Shown here in pieces: positions 44,619-53,179 of a DNA stretch of 64,000 nt. The notes beneath the pieces were generated by a model that saw nothing but the letters and a program-made list of their open reading frames with translations, had not been told where the DNA came from and searched no databases. Every line of letters starts with the position of its first letter. Position 1 is the first letter of the stretch. This DNA comes from Dehalococcoidales bacterium (GTDB taxonomy: Bacteria > Chloroflexota > Dehalococcoidia > Dehalococcoidales > UBA5627): NCBI GenBank assembly GCA_034429935.1, contig DAOUFJ010000030.1, forward strand, positions 47,261 through 111,260. Direction: 5' to 3'. Made by a program: the position numbers and the translations under genes.

Positions 44619-47094
44619 TAATCTTACTATAAAGGGATTCCGTGGTTTTAATGATGAGAGAACTATTGTTTTCCATCCTAAACTTACTACGATTTATGGC
44701 CGAAATAGTTATGGAAAAACAAGTATAACTGAAGCTGTTGAATGGCTTTTTTACGGTAAGACGTCTAAAGTCGAAAAGGGAGAATCTAAAGATGAATACA
44801 AAGGTTCATATCGTAATTGTCACCTTGAAAATGACGATAGCGTATATGTAAATATTAGTCTAAATATTGATGATCAACAAACCACATATTCTGCAAAATT
44901 AATAGATAAAGATAATTACTGTAGGTATATTAATGGAGAAATAGTTGATCAATGGCCAATAGACTCTGAATCAGCTAGTATATCTAGACCTTTTATAATG
45001 CAACACGCTCTTAAGTATTTACTCCTAACCCCTCGTGATTCACGTTTTACTGGTTTTACAAAATTACTTGGATTTGATGAGTTAGATATAATACAAGCCG
45101 ATTTCATTTCGGTATGTACTAAAATTAAATCAACATTACCAACTCAAGTAACTAAATATATCTCAAATATTAATAATATTGAAAATCGATTAGCCGCTTG
45201 TTCAGATTTAAAAAATATTTATAAACTGTTTAAAAAGGGAGAAGGTTCTTTTTCTGACTTTGTTATTTGTGTTAATACTGAATGTACAAGTCGTATTCCA
45301 GTTGATACCCCAGAAGATAAAATAATACCGAGTTTGTTAAGAATACGTGATGACGCAGTAAAAAAGATTTACTCTGGAAGTATTAATTTAACTCCATTTT
45401 CTGCCAATGATAATACTAACAATTCAGCAGATTTAGAATACTTTCCAAATTATGCATCGGAAGAATTAATACAAAGTTATTGCGGATTACTTGCCCTTGA
45501 GACTTATAAGGTAATAAGTGATGAAGCTGAATTTTATCAGATTGGATTGTCATTTTTGGCAAATAATCCTTACATTTGTCCTTTCTGTAATCAAAAAACT
45601 AATGACAGCATAAATGAACATATAAAAAAGAAACACCAGGAATCAATAACTAAATCTGAAAATGCAAGGGTGTTATTAAAACAAAAACAAGAAATTCTTA
45701 CCTCATTGTCAGAATTAACTCAACGATTAGACAAATGCCAGAACAGACATATATCCAAACTGAATGCTTTTCTAAAAATTAATGATTCTTTTGAAAAATT
45801 AAATGAAATTTTATCACCAATGCATGAACCATATTTAATAGCTATCCGTGATGCAATTAAACAACTAACTGCAATTAAAAATCAATTGGATCAATGTTTT
45901 AATAATATCACTAAGTCAATAATTTCCTTACAGAATTCTATTCAGCAATCTAAAGAAGAAATTACTATAATTCAAATTCTAGGAAAAGAGCTAATAAAAT
46001 ATTCAGGGGTATTATCTTCTTCTATATCAACAATATCTCATTTTATTTCACCAATGGCCGATGCTAATGAAATACTTAAACATGAATTGGATTCTATAGC
46101 GAAGACTGAAGATATCAGTCTACTAGTAGATTTAAAGGAAAATCTTAGCCATATTAAAAAAGGTATGAGAATCAACTCTATCCTTGATAAACTACCGGAA
46201 CTAAGAAAAACAGTTGAACAGTATATTGGTTTAAAAATGTTTAACGCGGTAACAAAAGAAATGACCGATGATGTAATGTCTTGGTATAAACAAATTCGAA
46301 CTAAAGGTGATCCTGATGTGCATTTTACTGGATTCGATATGGACAAAACTAAATCAGGAGATATTAAACCAAAACACATTAAAATTAATGCCTCATCGTA
46401 TGGTAAACAACTTGTAAGTGCAGTATCATCTCTTAGTGAATCTAAGCTTAATGCACTAGGTCTTTGCTTAAGTATTGCAACTAATATGAAACCAGATTGC
46501 CCATTTGATTTCCTTTTTATTGACGACCCTATTCAATCTTTGGATGACGCCCATGGGGAACGTTTTATAGATATTATTCGAGATCTTGTTGATAGAGGTA
46601 AGCAAATAATTCTACTTTCTCATAATAAAACTTGGATTGATAGTGTTCGAAAAGGCTGTCGTTCAATTAATGGATTTTGTTATGAAATAACAGGCTACGA
46701 TAAAAATGGCCCTATAATAATTCAAGAAGATTGGTGTACTTGGAAGCAACGTCTTGATAGAATTAGTGCAATAGCGAACAATACGAATTCTAGTAGTCTT
46801 TCGCTTCAAGATGCTGAAAGTGAAATCAGACTTGCTATATCAGAAATGACTTGTACATTATACTTAAAAATAAAAAATATACGTAAAGATTCCAATAGTA
46901 TGAATTATTCTAAGGTAGTAAAATGTTTAACTGAATGTAATATTCCCAATGTTTTAACTGATTGTATTGGGCAATCATTTAATACTATTGACGACTCTCA
47001 TCATAATCCAAACTATAATCCAGACCCAGATAGGATTAAATGTTATTTAAATTATCTATATGAGTTATCTAAATACTTAAATGTCCAAATCTAA
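44608..47094 (+). CDS. SMC/Rad50-like ABC ATPase with a long helical insert carrying a CxxC motif and a ~140-aa C-terminal extension (AAA_13/RloC-like architecture)
   Basis: Walker A GRNSYGKTS (aa 31-39) and Q-loop PFIMQH. A ~440-aa helical insert carries ICPFCNQ (aa 323-329). The signature-like motif is LSESKLNALGLCLSIA, Walker B/D-loop is FLFIDDPIQSLD, and the H-loop is ILLSHN. The C-terminal domain (aa ~690-828) is uncharacterised. Confidence 0.82.
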   Translation: MKINNLTIKGFRGFNDERTIVFHPKLTTIYGRNSYGKTSITEAVEWLFYGKTSKVEKGESKDEYKGSYRNCHLENDDSVYVNISLNIDDQQTTYSAKLIDKDNYCRYINGEIVDQWPIDSESASISRPFIMQHALKYLLLTPRDSRFTGFTKLLGFDELDIIQADFISVCTKIKSTLPTQVTKYISNINNIENRLAACSDLKNIYKLFKKGEGSFSDFVICVNTECTSRIPVDTPEDKIIPSLLRIRDDAVKKIYSGSINLTPFSANDNTNNSADLEYFPNYASEELIQSYCGLLALETYKVISDEAEFYQIGLSFLANNPYICPFCNQKTNDSINEHIKKKHQESITKSENARVLLKQKQEILTSLSELTQRLDKCQNRHISKLNAFLKINDSFEKLNEILSPMHEPYLIAIRDAIKQLTAIKNQLDQCFNNITKSIISLQNSIQQSKEEITIIQILGKELIKYSGVLSSSISTISHFISPMADANEILKHELDSIAKTEDISLLVDLKENLSHIKKGMRINSILDKLPELRKTVEQYIGLKMFNAVTKEMTDDVMSWYKQIRTKGDPDVHFTGFDMDKTKSGDIKPKHIKINASSYGKQLVSAVSSLSESKLNALGLCLSIATNMKPDCPFDFLFIDDPIQSLDDAHGERFIDIIRDLVDRGKQIILLSHNKTWIDSVRKGCRSINGFCYEITGYDKNGPIIIQEDWCTWKQRLDRISAIANNTNSSSLSLQDAESEIRLAISEMTCTLYLKIKNIRKDSNSMNYSKVVKCLTECNIPNVLTDCIGQSFNTIDDSHHNPNYNPDPDRIKCYLNYLYELSKYLNVQI

Positions 47095-48415
47095 CTTTTT
47101 GTATCATTCCTTGTTCTATAATGTCTTCAGGGATACCTTTTCCCCAACTATCAATAAGTAATAATCTAGCTTTAGAATCATCTATGTCAGCGCACAATCG
47201 AGCATATGCACTGGCTAAACATCCCTTAGCTTGTTTTACTAAAGGTCTCCAATCATCGTTAACTTGTTTATGCGGAATAACGCCCTGACGCACGCCAAAT
47301 AAAGCGGAGCAATCTTGAAATGTTTTCCAGTAATCCATCACTTTGGCACGTTCCCGGCGAGTTGATGTCGCTGGATTAACTATCCTCAGAAATCGATCAG
47401 TTCCATAATTCCAGATGTCAGCTTTGCTATCCTGAAATATTCCGAAGTCCATGACACCATCGAAACGCCTTAGTCCTTCACGTCTCAATTGAAGTTCCAA
47501 CCTGGATACCGGGCTTTCACCATCCCAGCCGTTTTGAATCCATAATGGCTTTATATGCCCGTGTCCTTTTATGGCTATTTCATAGGTTTTATCGTAGAAA
47601 CGGCAGGCGATACCCCCACGCCCGAAATGATAACCCGTATTGCGAATTCCCCTTTTATAATCACCGCCGTAATAAATATCCTTATCTCTTAATCTGGTAA
47701 CTACCTGGCTTTTGCGATTTATATCCGGCAAAGGCATGATTTTATCAACACATAAATCAGCCCTTGAAACAGTGCAGTATTCTAAATAAATCCATTCATT
47801 AAGAAATTCAATTACTTCTTTATATGCCTGAATATCGCCCAATCTCCAAAGGTAGGGAGAACGAAATATTATCCTTATCTCTGGAGAAGGGTTGCCCCCT
47901 TTGGCATCAGGCATGATCTGTATTTCAATATCACCATTATTGATCACATATTCATAGCCACCTTTAGAACCATGAGATTGAATCATGAATTCTTTATTAA
48001 ACCAATCTACAGGAAACCCTTTCCTGCTCTTATACCCACCTGAAACAGCCTGTAGCTTAGCATCGCTCAATTTTTGGAACTCATAAGGGTTGATATACCT
48101 ATCTACACCAAAATTCAATTCCAGAGTGTCCACCCCAACAGCTAAGATATCCGGGTACAGTTTTTTATCGATTTTATAGCTGTTGGTGGTGTTAGCAGCC
48201 CCCGTGAGACAAGGGAACGGGGGCTGCTTATCGGGGCTATCCTCGATGCTGATTATTTCAGCTCCATATTGATTTAGCAAATAATCAACAAGGGGATTTT
48301 TACCCTGTTTGTAATCGTTATTCTCGACTATATCATCAATTTCAGCACCGTAATTATTGATAAGATAATCCACTAATGAGGATTCACCTGGTATATATCC
48401 ATTATTTTCCGTCAT
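47069..48415 (-). CDS. rolling-circle replication initiator-like protein (Rep_trans family pattern)
   Basis: VGVDTLELNFGV, SRADLCVDKI and GRGGIACRFYDKTYEI resemble the Rep_trans family. The N-terminus carries a tandem motif LVDYL(I/L)N(N/Q)YGAEI x2. Confidence 0.65.
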   Translation of the reverse strand: MTENNGYIPGESSLVDYLINNYGAEIDDIVENNDYKQGKNPLVDYLLNQYGAEIISIEDSPDKQPPFPCLTGAANTTNSYKIDKKLYPDILAVGVDTLELNFGVDRYINPYEFQKLSDAKLQAVSGGYKSRKGFPVDWFNKEFMIQSHGSKGGYEYVINNGDIEIQIMPDAKGGNPSPEIRIIFRSPYLWRLGDIQAYKEVIEFLNEWIYLEYCTVSRADLCVDKIMPLPDINRKSQVVTRLRDKDIYYGGDYKRGIRNTGYHFGRGGIACRFYDKTYEIAIKGHGHIKPLWIQNGWDGESPVSRLELQLRREGLRRFDGVMDFGIFQDSKADIWNYGTDRFLRIVNPATSTRRERAKVMDYWKTFQDCSALFGVRQGVIPHKQVNDDWRPLVKQAKGCLASAYARLCADIDDSKARLLLIDSWGKGIPEDIIEQGMIQKVRFGHLSI

Positions 48416-48758
48416 CTACCGCACCTTCAAACAAAACATTCAAATCTTTAACACTAACAAAGCAATACCGGCATAAACCATATTTCTTATTGAAATTGAT
48501 ACAAAGGAATCTATTTCTGATAACTTCTTTTGATTCATTGCTTATCCATACACGACAATTGCACTTTTTGCAATAGAATTCAGTATCAACAGAAATAGGC
48601 TTATCCTTTTTAATACCACCAACAAACACAGGAACAGGCGAGCCGTTAAACGTCTTTTCATTAGTAACTGGTTGCCAATTCTTTTCATATTCTATTTCTT
48701 GTTCATTCCGGTGATCCCTTGGATCGTCTCCATTCTCAAGATTTGTATTTCTATTCAT
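48402..48758 (-). CDS. hypothetical Cys-rich protein (element A)
   Basis: 118 aa with CKKCNC...CRYC. It overlaps the rep start by 14 nt. Confidence 0.5.
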   Translation of the reverse strand: MNRNTNLENGDDPRDHRNEQEIEYEKNWQPVTNEKTFNGSPVPVFVGGIKKDKPISVDTEFYCKKCNCRVWISNESKEVIRNRFLCINFNKKYGLCRYCFVSVKDLNVLFEGAVDDGK

Positions 48759-48787
48759 AATGTCTACTCCTTAAACTCTGTTCAGTT

Positions 48788-48823
48788 AAGGCGATGGCTG
48801 GCTTCCGCCTCCACCATCGCCTT
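48788..48823. other. GC-rich 10-bp-stem hairpin in AT-rich DNA (AAGGCGATGG ... CCATCGCCTT)
   Basis: 16-nt loop, lying between the xis and rep-side genes. It is a candidate origin, attenuator or terminator. Confidence 0.4.
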
Positions 48824-48842
48824 TTGCCATTTTCGCTTTTTT

Positions 48843-49019
48843 CTAAAGACCAATTTCATGGTCTTTAATCCATTGCTCTAAGGATACTTTGGATATCCTC
48901 AAACATCTGCCTACCCGAATACTGGGTAGTTCACCTGATGCCAGCATTTCATATACCTTAGATCTACCGATGCACAGCACTTCTTGCACTTCTTCAGGCT
49001 TTAACAATATCTTCTCCAT
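48843..49019 (-). CDS. excisionase-family HTH protein (Xis) of element A
   Basis: MEKILLKPEEVQEVLCIGRSKVYEMLASGELPSIRVGRCLRISKVSLEQWI. AAGGAGGG precedes ATG 49019 (the track ORF extends to 49133). Confidence 0.75.
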   Translation of the reverse strand: MEKILLKPEEVQEVLCIGRSKVYEMLASGELPSIRVGRCLRISKVSLEQWIKDHEIGL

Positions 49020-49042
49020 AATTCCCTCCTTTCCATGTTGAC

Positions 49043-49159
49043 AATATTCGTTTCCATGTATTATTATGTCTATAATAGTTATAACAAATAGACGTTTGAA
49101 GTGTAAATAATATTCGTTTAGACGCAATATCATACTAAAAAATTCGCTAAATATTCGTT
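49043..49159 (+). promoter_or_regulatory. three direct AATATTCGTT motifs (49043, 49109, 49150) in the divergent xis / orf352 control region
   Basis: gacAATATTCGTTtcc, aatAATATTCGTTtag, taaAATATTCGTTaaa. Confidence 0.4.
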
Positions 49160-49171
49160 AAAGGAGAAAAT

Positions 49172-50230
49172 ATGGGAGCTTGGACAACGCCAGAAGTAAA
49201 AAATTTAATTATAAAAAACTGGTTGTATTTAAAAAATAAAGGATTGAAATGTACAGCATTGGAAGTGCGTAAATTCACATTAAACGATCCGTTGGTTAAG
49301 ACTAAGAAATATACGAATATTCCCGATATTCGTGTAATTCAAAAGATTATTAAAGGAGCTAAGGAAGCTTTAAAATCCATATCAAAATCAGAAGATATGA
49401 TTGATGAAATATGGACACCAGCTTTATTAACTAAGGTCAATTTGCCTGATAATTCAGTCCCTAAAGTGGTTGATGTATGGAAATATTCCTTATGCACATT
49501 CGAAAAATTTACAGATAGACAGGCAAAATGGGCAAGTGTTTTATATCATTTTTTTGATGATATTACTCTGCTTTGGTTTTGGTCTCGTGTTTATGCAAAC
49601 CATGAATTAATTTCAATAGCTGTAGGGGAACCTAATGATACTCGTATATCTGACTCTAATGCTTTTTTCAGCCATTGGGGAAAAAAGACATTAGATGCAA
49701 CCGACTATTTTTATAAAATTAGATATGATTGGGATAACACCTTATTTCTTCCCATAGCAAATGATGGAGAAGTAATAGAGGAGTTATTACATGGAATTAA
49801 TGATCCTAATATGATGATTGTGAAAAACCTGATTAAAGATGAAGAAGAAATTAATCAAAGAGATGAAGAATTAGTTGATTTAATTCATGATTTACCTACT
49901 TTAAAAGCACTCAACTTTGATTTTGAAACTAAACTGGTTTATTTGAGATTTTTTAATTATATTCTGAAAGGTTCTAAGTGGAATGAGTTATCCGCTCAAG
50001 AAGCAATCGATATTATCAAGCAATTGAGAGCCTGGGTTATATCTAAAAAAGAGGAGATGCAAGGTAACAAAAAATCCCGCAGCGAAGAAAAAATAGATTC
50101 TTTTGAATTGGACAAAGAAAATACTATTTTTATCGAAGGAGGTATTGATGAAATATTGGATATGCCTGTTATGCCAGCGAAATTACTAAAAAAGGTTGGA
50201 TATCGGGTATGGACAGGGGGTGAAGAATGA
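49172..50230 (+). CDS. hypothetical protein (element A), ATGA-coupled to the integrase gene
   Basis: 352 aa, SD AAGGAG, no family recognised. Confidence 0.55.
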   Translation: MGAWTTPEVKNLIIKNWLYLKNKGLKCTALEVRKFTLNDPLVKTKKYTNIPDIRVIQKIIKGAKEALKSISKSEDMIDEIWTPALLTKVNLPDNSVPKVVDVWKYSLCTFEKFTDRQAKWASVLYHFFDDITLLWFWSRVYANHELISIAVGEPNDTRISDSNAFFSHWGKKTLDATDYFYKIRYDWDNTLFLPIANDGEVIEELLHGINDPNMMIVKNLIKDEEEINQRDEELVDLIHDLPTLKALNFDFETKLVYLRFFNYILKGSKWNELSAQEAIDIIKQLRAWVISKKEEMQGNKKSRSEEKIDSFELDKENTIFIEGGIDEILDMPVMPAKLLKKVGYRVWTGGEE

Positions 50231-51378
50231 GAGGACATATTACAAAAAGAGGCAAAGACAGTTACTCAATTGTTATCGAGCTTGAAAAAGACCCGATAAC
50301 TGGCAAAAGAAAACAACACTGGGAATCCGTAAAGGGCACTAAAAAAGCAGCCGAAAAAAGGTTATCAGAACTTGTTAATCAACTGGATAATGGCATATTT
50401 ATAAAACCAGATAAAACTACTTTAGCAGAATACCTTGATAAATGGCTAAAAGATTATGCATTAGTTAATTTATCCCCAAGAACCGTCGAAGGTTATGAGC
50501 ATATTATTAAACGTCATATTATTCCAGCTTTAGGGAATATCATGTTAAGTCAACTCAAGCCCGAACATTTACAAAAGTATTATGCAGATAAGTTAAAGAG
50601 CGGAAGGTTAGATGGCGAAGGAAGTTTAAGTACAAAGACAGTAAGACATCATCATGTTACTATTCATGATGCACTTCAGACAGCAGTTAAATGGGGTTTA
50701 ATTATAAGAAATCCTGCTGATGCAGTAACTCCGCCAAAACCGCAACGTCATGAAATGCATACTTGGAATGAAGAAGAGATAAATAAGTTTTTAGAAGCTG
50801 CGAAGTTAACAGAATACTATCCGATATTTTATTTGGCATTGTTTACTGGTATGCGCAGATCTGAAATATTAGCACTTAGATGGCAAGATATAGATTTTAT
50901 ATATTCTCAAATCTATATCAGCCGGAGTTTACATCATTTAAGAGACGGCAGTATTGTTATCAGACAACCTAAGACAGCTAAAAGTAATCGTAAAATAGCA
51001 ATATCGCAATCAGTATTAGCAGTTCTTGAAGAATATCGTGATAAGCAGGAAGGTTTACACTTGTTATCAGGTAACCCTTTAACCGATGATAGCTTGGTGT
51101 TCTGTCATGAAGATGGTAATCCTTTGTTACCGGATACCATAACTCATGCATGGATTAAACTTGTCAGGAAAACCGGATTAAAAAATATAAGGTTGCATGA
51201 TGCCAGACATAGCCATGCATCGTTGATGTTAAAACTTGGCATTCACCCAAAGGTTGTTCAAGAGAGATTAGGACATTCCAGTATTCAAGTTACATTAGAT
51301 ACTTATAGTCATCTTGCCCCGGGGCTTCAAGAAGCAGCAGCAGAAAAGTTTGACCAGATGCTAAATTCACATGTCTAA
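50227..51378 (+). CDS. tyrosine integrase (phage-integrase family with an N-terminal AP2-like/SAM-like arm and core-binding domains)
   Basis: MRGHITKRGKDSYSIVIEL..DPITGKRKQ (arm-binding N-domain), GMRRSE, HDARHSHAS, LGHSSIQVTLDTYSH. Confidence 0.93.
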   Translation: MRGHITKRGKDSYSIVIELEKDPITGKRKQHWESVKGTKKAAEKRLSELVNQLDNGIFIKPDKTTLAEYLDKWLKDYALVNLSPRTVEGYEHIIKRHIIPALGNIMLSQLKPEHLQKYYADKLKSGRLDGEGSLSTKTVRHHHVTIHDALQTAVKWGLIIRNPADAVTPPKPQRHEMHTWNEEEINKFLEAAKLTEYYPIFYLALFTGMRRSEILALRWQDIDFIYSQIYISRSLHHLRDGSIVIRQPKTAKSNRKIAISQSVLAVLEEYRDKQEGLHLLSGNPLTDDSLVFCHEDGNPLLPDTITHAWIKLVRKTGLKNIRLHDARHSHASLMLKLGIHPKVVQERLGHSSIQVTLDTYSHLAPGLQEAAAEKFDQMLNSHV

Positions 51379-51384
51379 TTTATT

Positions 51385-51408
51385 CCGTTAGCAATCCGTT
51401 AGCAAAAA
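51385..51408 (+). promoter_or_regulatory. tandem GTTAGCAA motif (CCGTTAGCAAtccGTTAGCAAAAA), tRNA-proximal arm of element A
   Basis: It matches 44339-44362 and lies 53 nt from the tRNA 3' end. Confidence 0.5.
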
Positions 51409-51415
51409 TAGAAAA

Positions 51416-51449
51416 GCCCCCGAAAAATAACTAATTCGAGGGCTTTTTT
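51416..51449 (+). terminator. rho-independent terminator after the integrase gene
   Basis: GCCCCCGA aaaataactaat TCGAGGGC followed by TTTTTT. Confidence 0.6.
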
Positions 51450-51460
51450 AGCTTTGAAAT

Positions 51461-51535
<75 letters not shown>

Positions 51536-51552
51536 TCAACACCACTCTCTAA

Positions 51553-51582
51553 AGTATAATCCTTTATAGCTTGCGATGTCAA
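51553..51582 (-). promoter_or_regulatory. sigma70-type promoter for the tRNA (TTGACA - 17/18 nt - TATACT)
   Basis: Minus strand: TTGACAtcgcaagctataaaggatTATACTttagagagtggtgttga-CGCGGGG. Confidence 0.55.
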
Positions 51583-51618
51583 AGTAAGCGCAGGCAATGC
51601 AGCGTTCGGGATAAACCG

Positions 51619-52956
51619 CTATTGTGCCTTTTCATTCTTTTCCGGACGCCATTTTTTCAGGCGTTCGGCTACTTGTTGTTCGTTGCCCTGGTCGCCGGGC
51701 GTATAGAACTTCTTATCCTTTACAGAATCCGGCAGGTTTTGCTGTTCCACGAAATGCCCTTCGTAATCGTGAGCGTATTTATAGCCTTTGCCGTAGCCGA
51801 TGTTCTTCATCATGGGTGTAACCGCGTTGCGCAGGTGCAGAGGCACCGGGTCGTTTGAGCCTTTCTTGATTTCTTCCTGTACCGCTGAATATGCCGCATA
51901 GACGGAATTGCTCTTGGGCGCGGTGGCAAGATAAACGGCAGCTTCCGCCAGCGCCAGGTTGCCCTCCGGCAATCCCAGGAAATGCACCGCCTGCTGTGCC
52001 GCCATGGCTACTACCAGCGCCTGCGGGTCGGCCATGCCGACGTCTTCGGTGGCGAACCTTACCAATCGCCTGGCTATATACAACGGGTCGTCTCCGGCTT
52101 CCAGCATCCTCCCTAGCCAGTAAAGAGAAGCATCCGGGTCGGAGCCGCGCATCGATTTATGAAGGGCGGAAATGGTATCGTAGTGTTTGTCTCCGCCTTT
52201 ATCGTAGGATATGGCCCTGTGCTGGATGGTATCCTCGATGGTGGCTAAGACGATCCTGCGCCTGCCGTCGGCATCCGGAGAAGTCGTCAGTGTAGCGGTT
52301 TCCAGCGTATTCAAAGCGGCGCGTGCGTCGTTATTGGACATGGTTATCAGGTAATCCAGCGCATCGTCTTCTATCTCTACTTTATATGCTCCCAACCCTC
52401 TGAGAGTGTCTTTCATGGCATGCAGCAGGATTAATTTTATCTCCTCCTTGGTTAGCGGTTTCAAGACGAACAACTGGGAGCGGGATAACAGTGGGGAGAT
52501 AACCTCGAAAGAAGGGTTTTCCGTAGTGGCGCCGACCAATGTTACCGTGCCGTCCTCCACGAAAGGCAGGATGGCGTCCTGCTGCGCCTTGTTGAAACGG
52601 TGGATTTCATCGATGAAGAGTATGGTCTTTTTCTTGTTGAGCAGGCGGCGTTCTTTGGCTTCCTCAATGGTCTTTCTGAGGTCGGCGACTCCGGCGCTGA
52701 CGGCGGATACCGGGCTGAAATGAGAGGAAGTAGTATTGGCGATGATGTTTGCCAGCGTCGTCTTGCCGCTTCCGGGAGGCCCCCAGAGCATTATCGAAGG
52801 CAGGCTGCCGGACTCAATGGCTCGCCTTAAAACCCTGCCTTTTCCGACGATATGCTCCTGCCCGACGAACTCGTCCAGAGTGTTCGGTCTCATGCGCGCC
52901 GCCAGCGGTGCTTCTTTCAGTTTCTCTTTCTCGAACTGCTGCTCGAACATGTCCAT
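51619..52956 (-). CDS. rarA: replication-associated recombination protein A (AAA+ ATPase RarA/MgsA)
   Basis: LAARMRPNTLDEFVGQEHIVG, MLWGPPGSGKTTLA, FIDEIHRFNK and a C-terminal MgsA domain. Confidence 0.93.
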   Translation of the reverse strand: MDMFEQQFEKEKLKEAPLAARMRPNTLDEFVGQEHIVGKGRVLRRAIESGSLPSIMLWGPPGSGKTTLANIIANTTSSHFSPVSAVSAGVADLRKTIEEAKERRLLNKKKTILFIDEIHRFNKAQQDAILPFVEDGTVTLVGATTENPSFEVISPLLSRSQLFVLKPLTKEEIKLILLHAMKDTLRGLGAYKVEIEDDALDYLITMSNNDARAALNTLETATLTTSPDADGRRRIVLATIEDTIQHRAISYDKGGDKHYDTISALHKSMRGSDPDASLYWLGRMLEAGDDPLYIARRLVRFATEDVGMADPQALVVAMAAQQAVHFLGLPEGNLALAEAAVYLATAPKSNSVYAAYSAVQEEIKKGSNDPVPLHLRNAVTPMMKNIGYGKGYKYAHDYEGHFVEQQNLPDSVKDKKFYTPGDQGNEQQVAERLKKWRPEKNEKAQ

Positions 52957-52985
52957 CGTTTTTTCTCTGACCGGTTATGAATTTT

Positions 52986-53001
52986 TAGAACTATAGTTCT
53001 A
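52986..53001. promoter_or_regulatory. Cheo-type LexA (SOS) box candidate, TAGAAC-TATA-GTTCTA, overlapping the rarA promoter
   Basis: A perfect 16-bp palindrome with a GAAC-N4-GTTC core (52988-52999), directly downstream of a minus-strand TATAAT (53003-53008) and 30-45 nt upstream of the rarA ATG. Confidence 0.5.
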
Positions 53002-53179
53002 TATTATACCGGTGATTCAAGGAATATACAAGGGGTTTTTGATATTTTTCACATTGTCGTTTCACAATGATACTTCTCTATCTGTCATGCTGGATGGTGG
53101 TGCAAATATAGCAATAATCGGCTCTCCTCGGATGTTGAGTTCCCGTTTGTCGGAACTCAGTATGACATTCTTATTCGTA

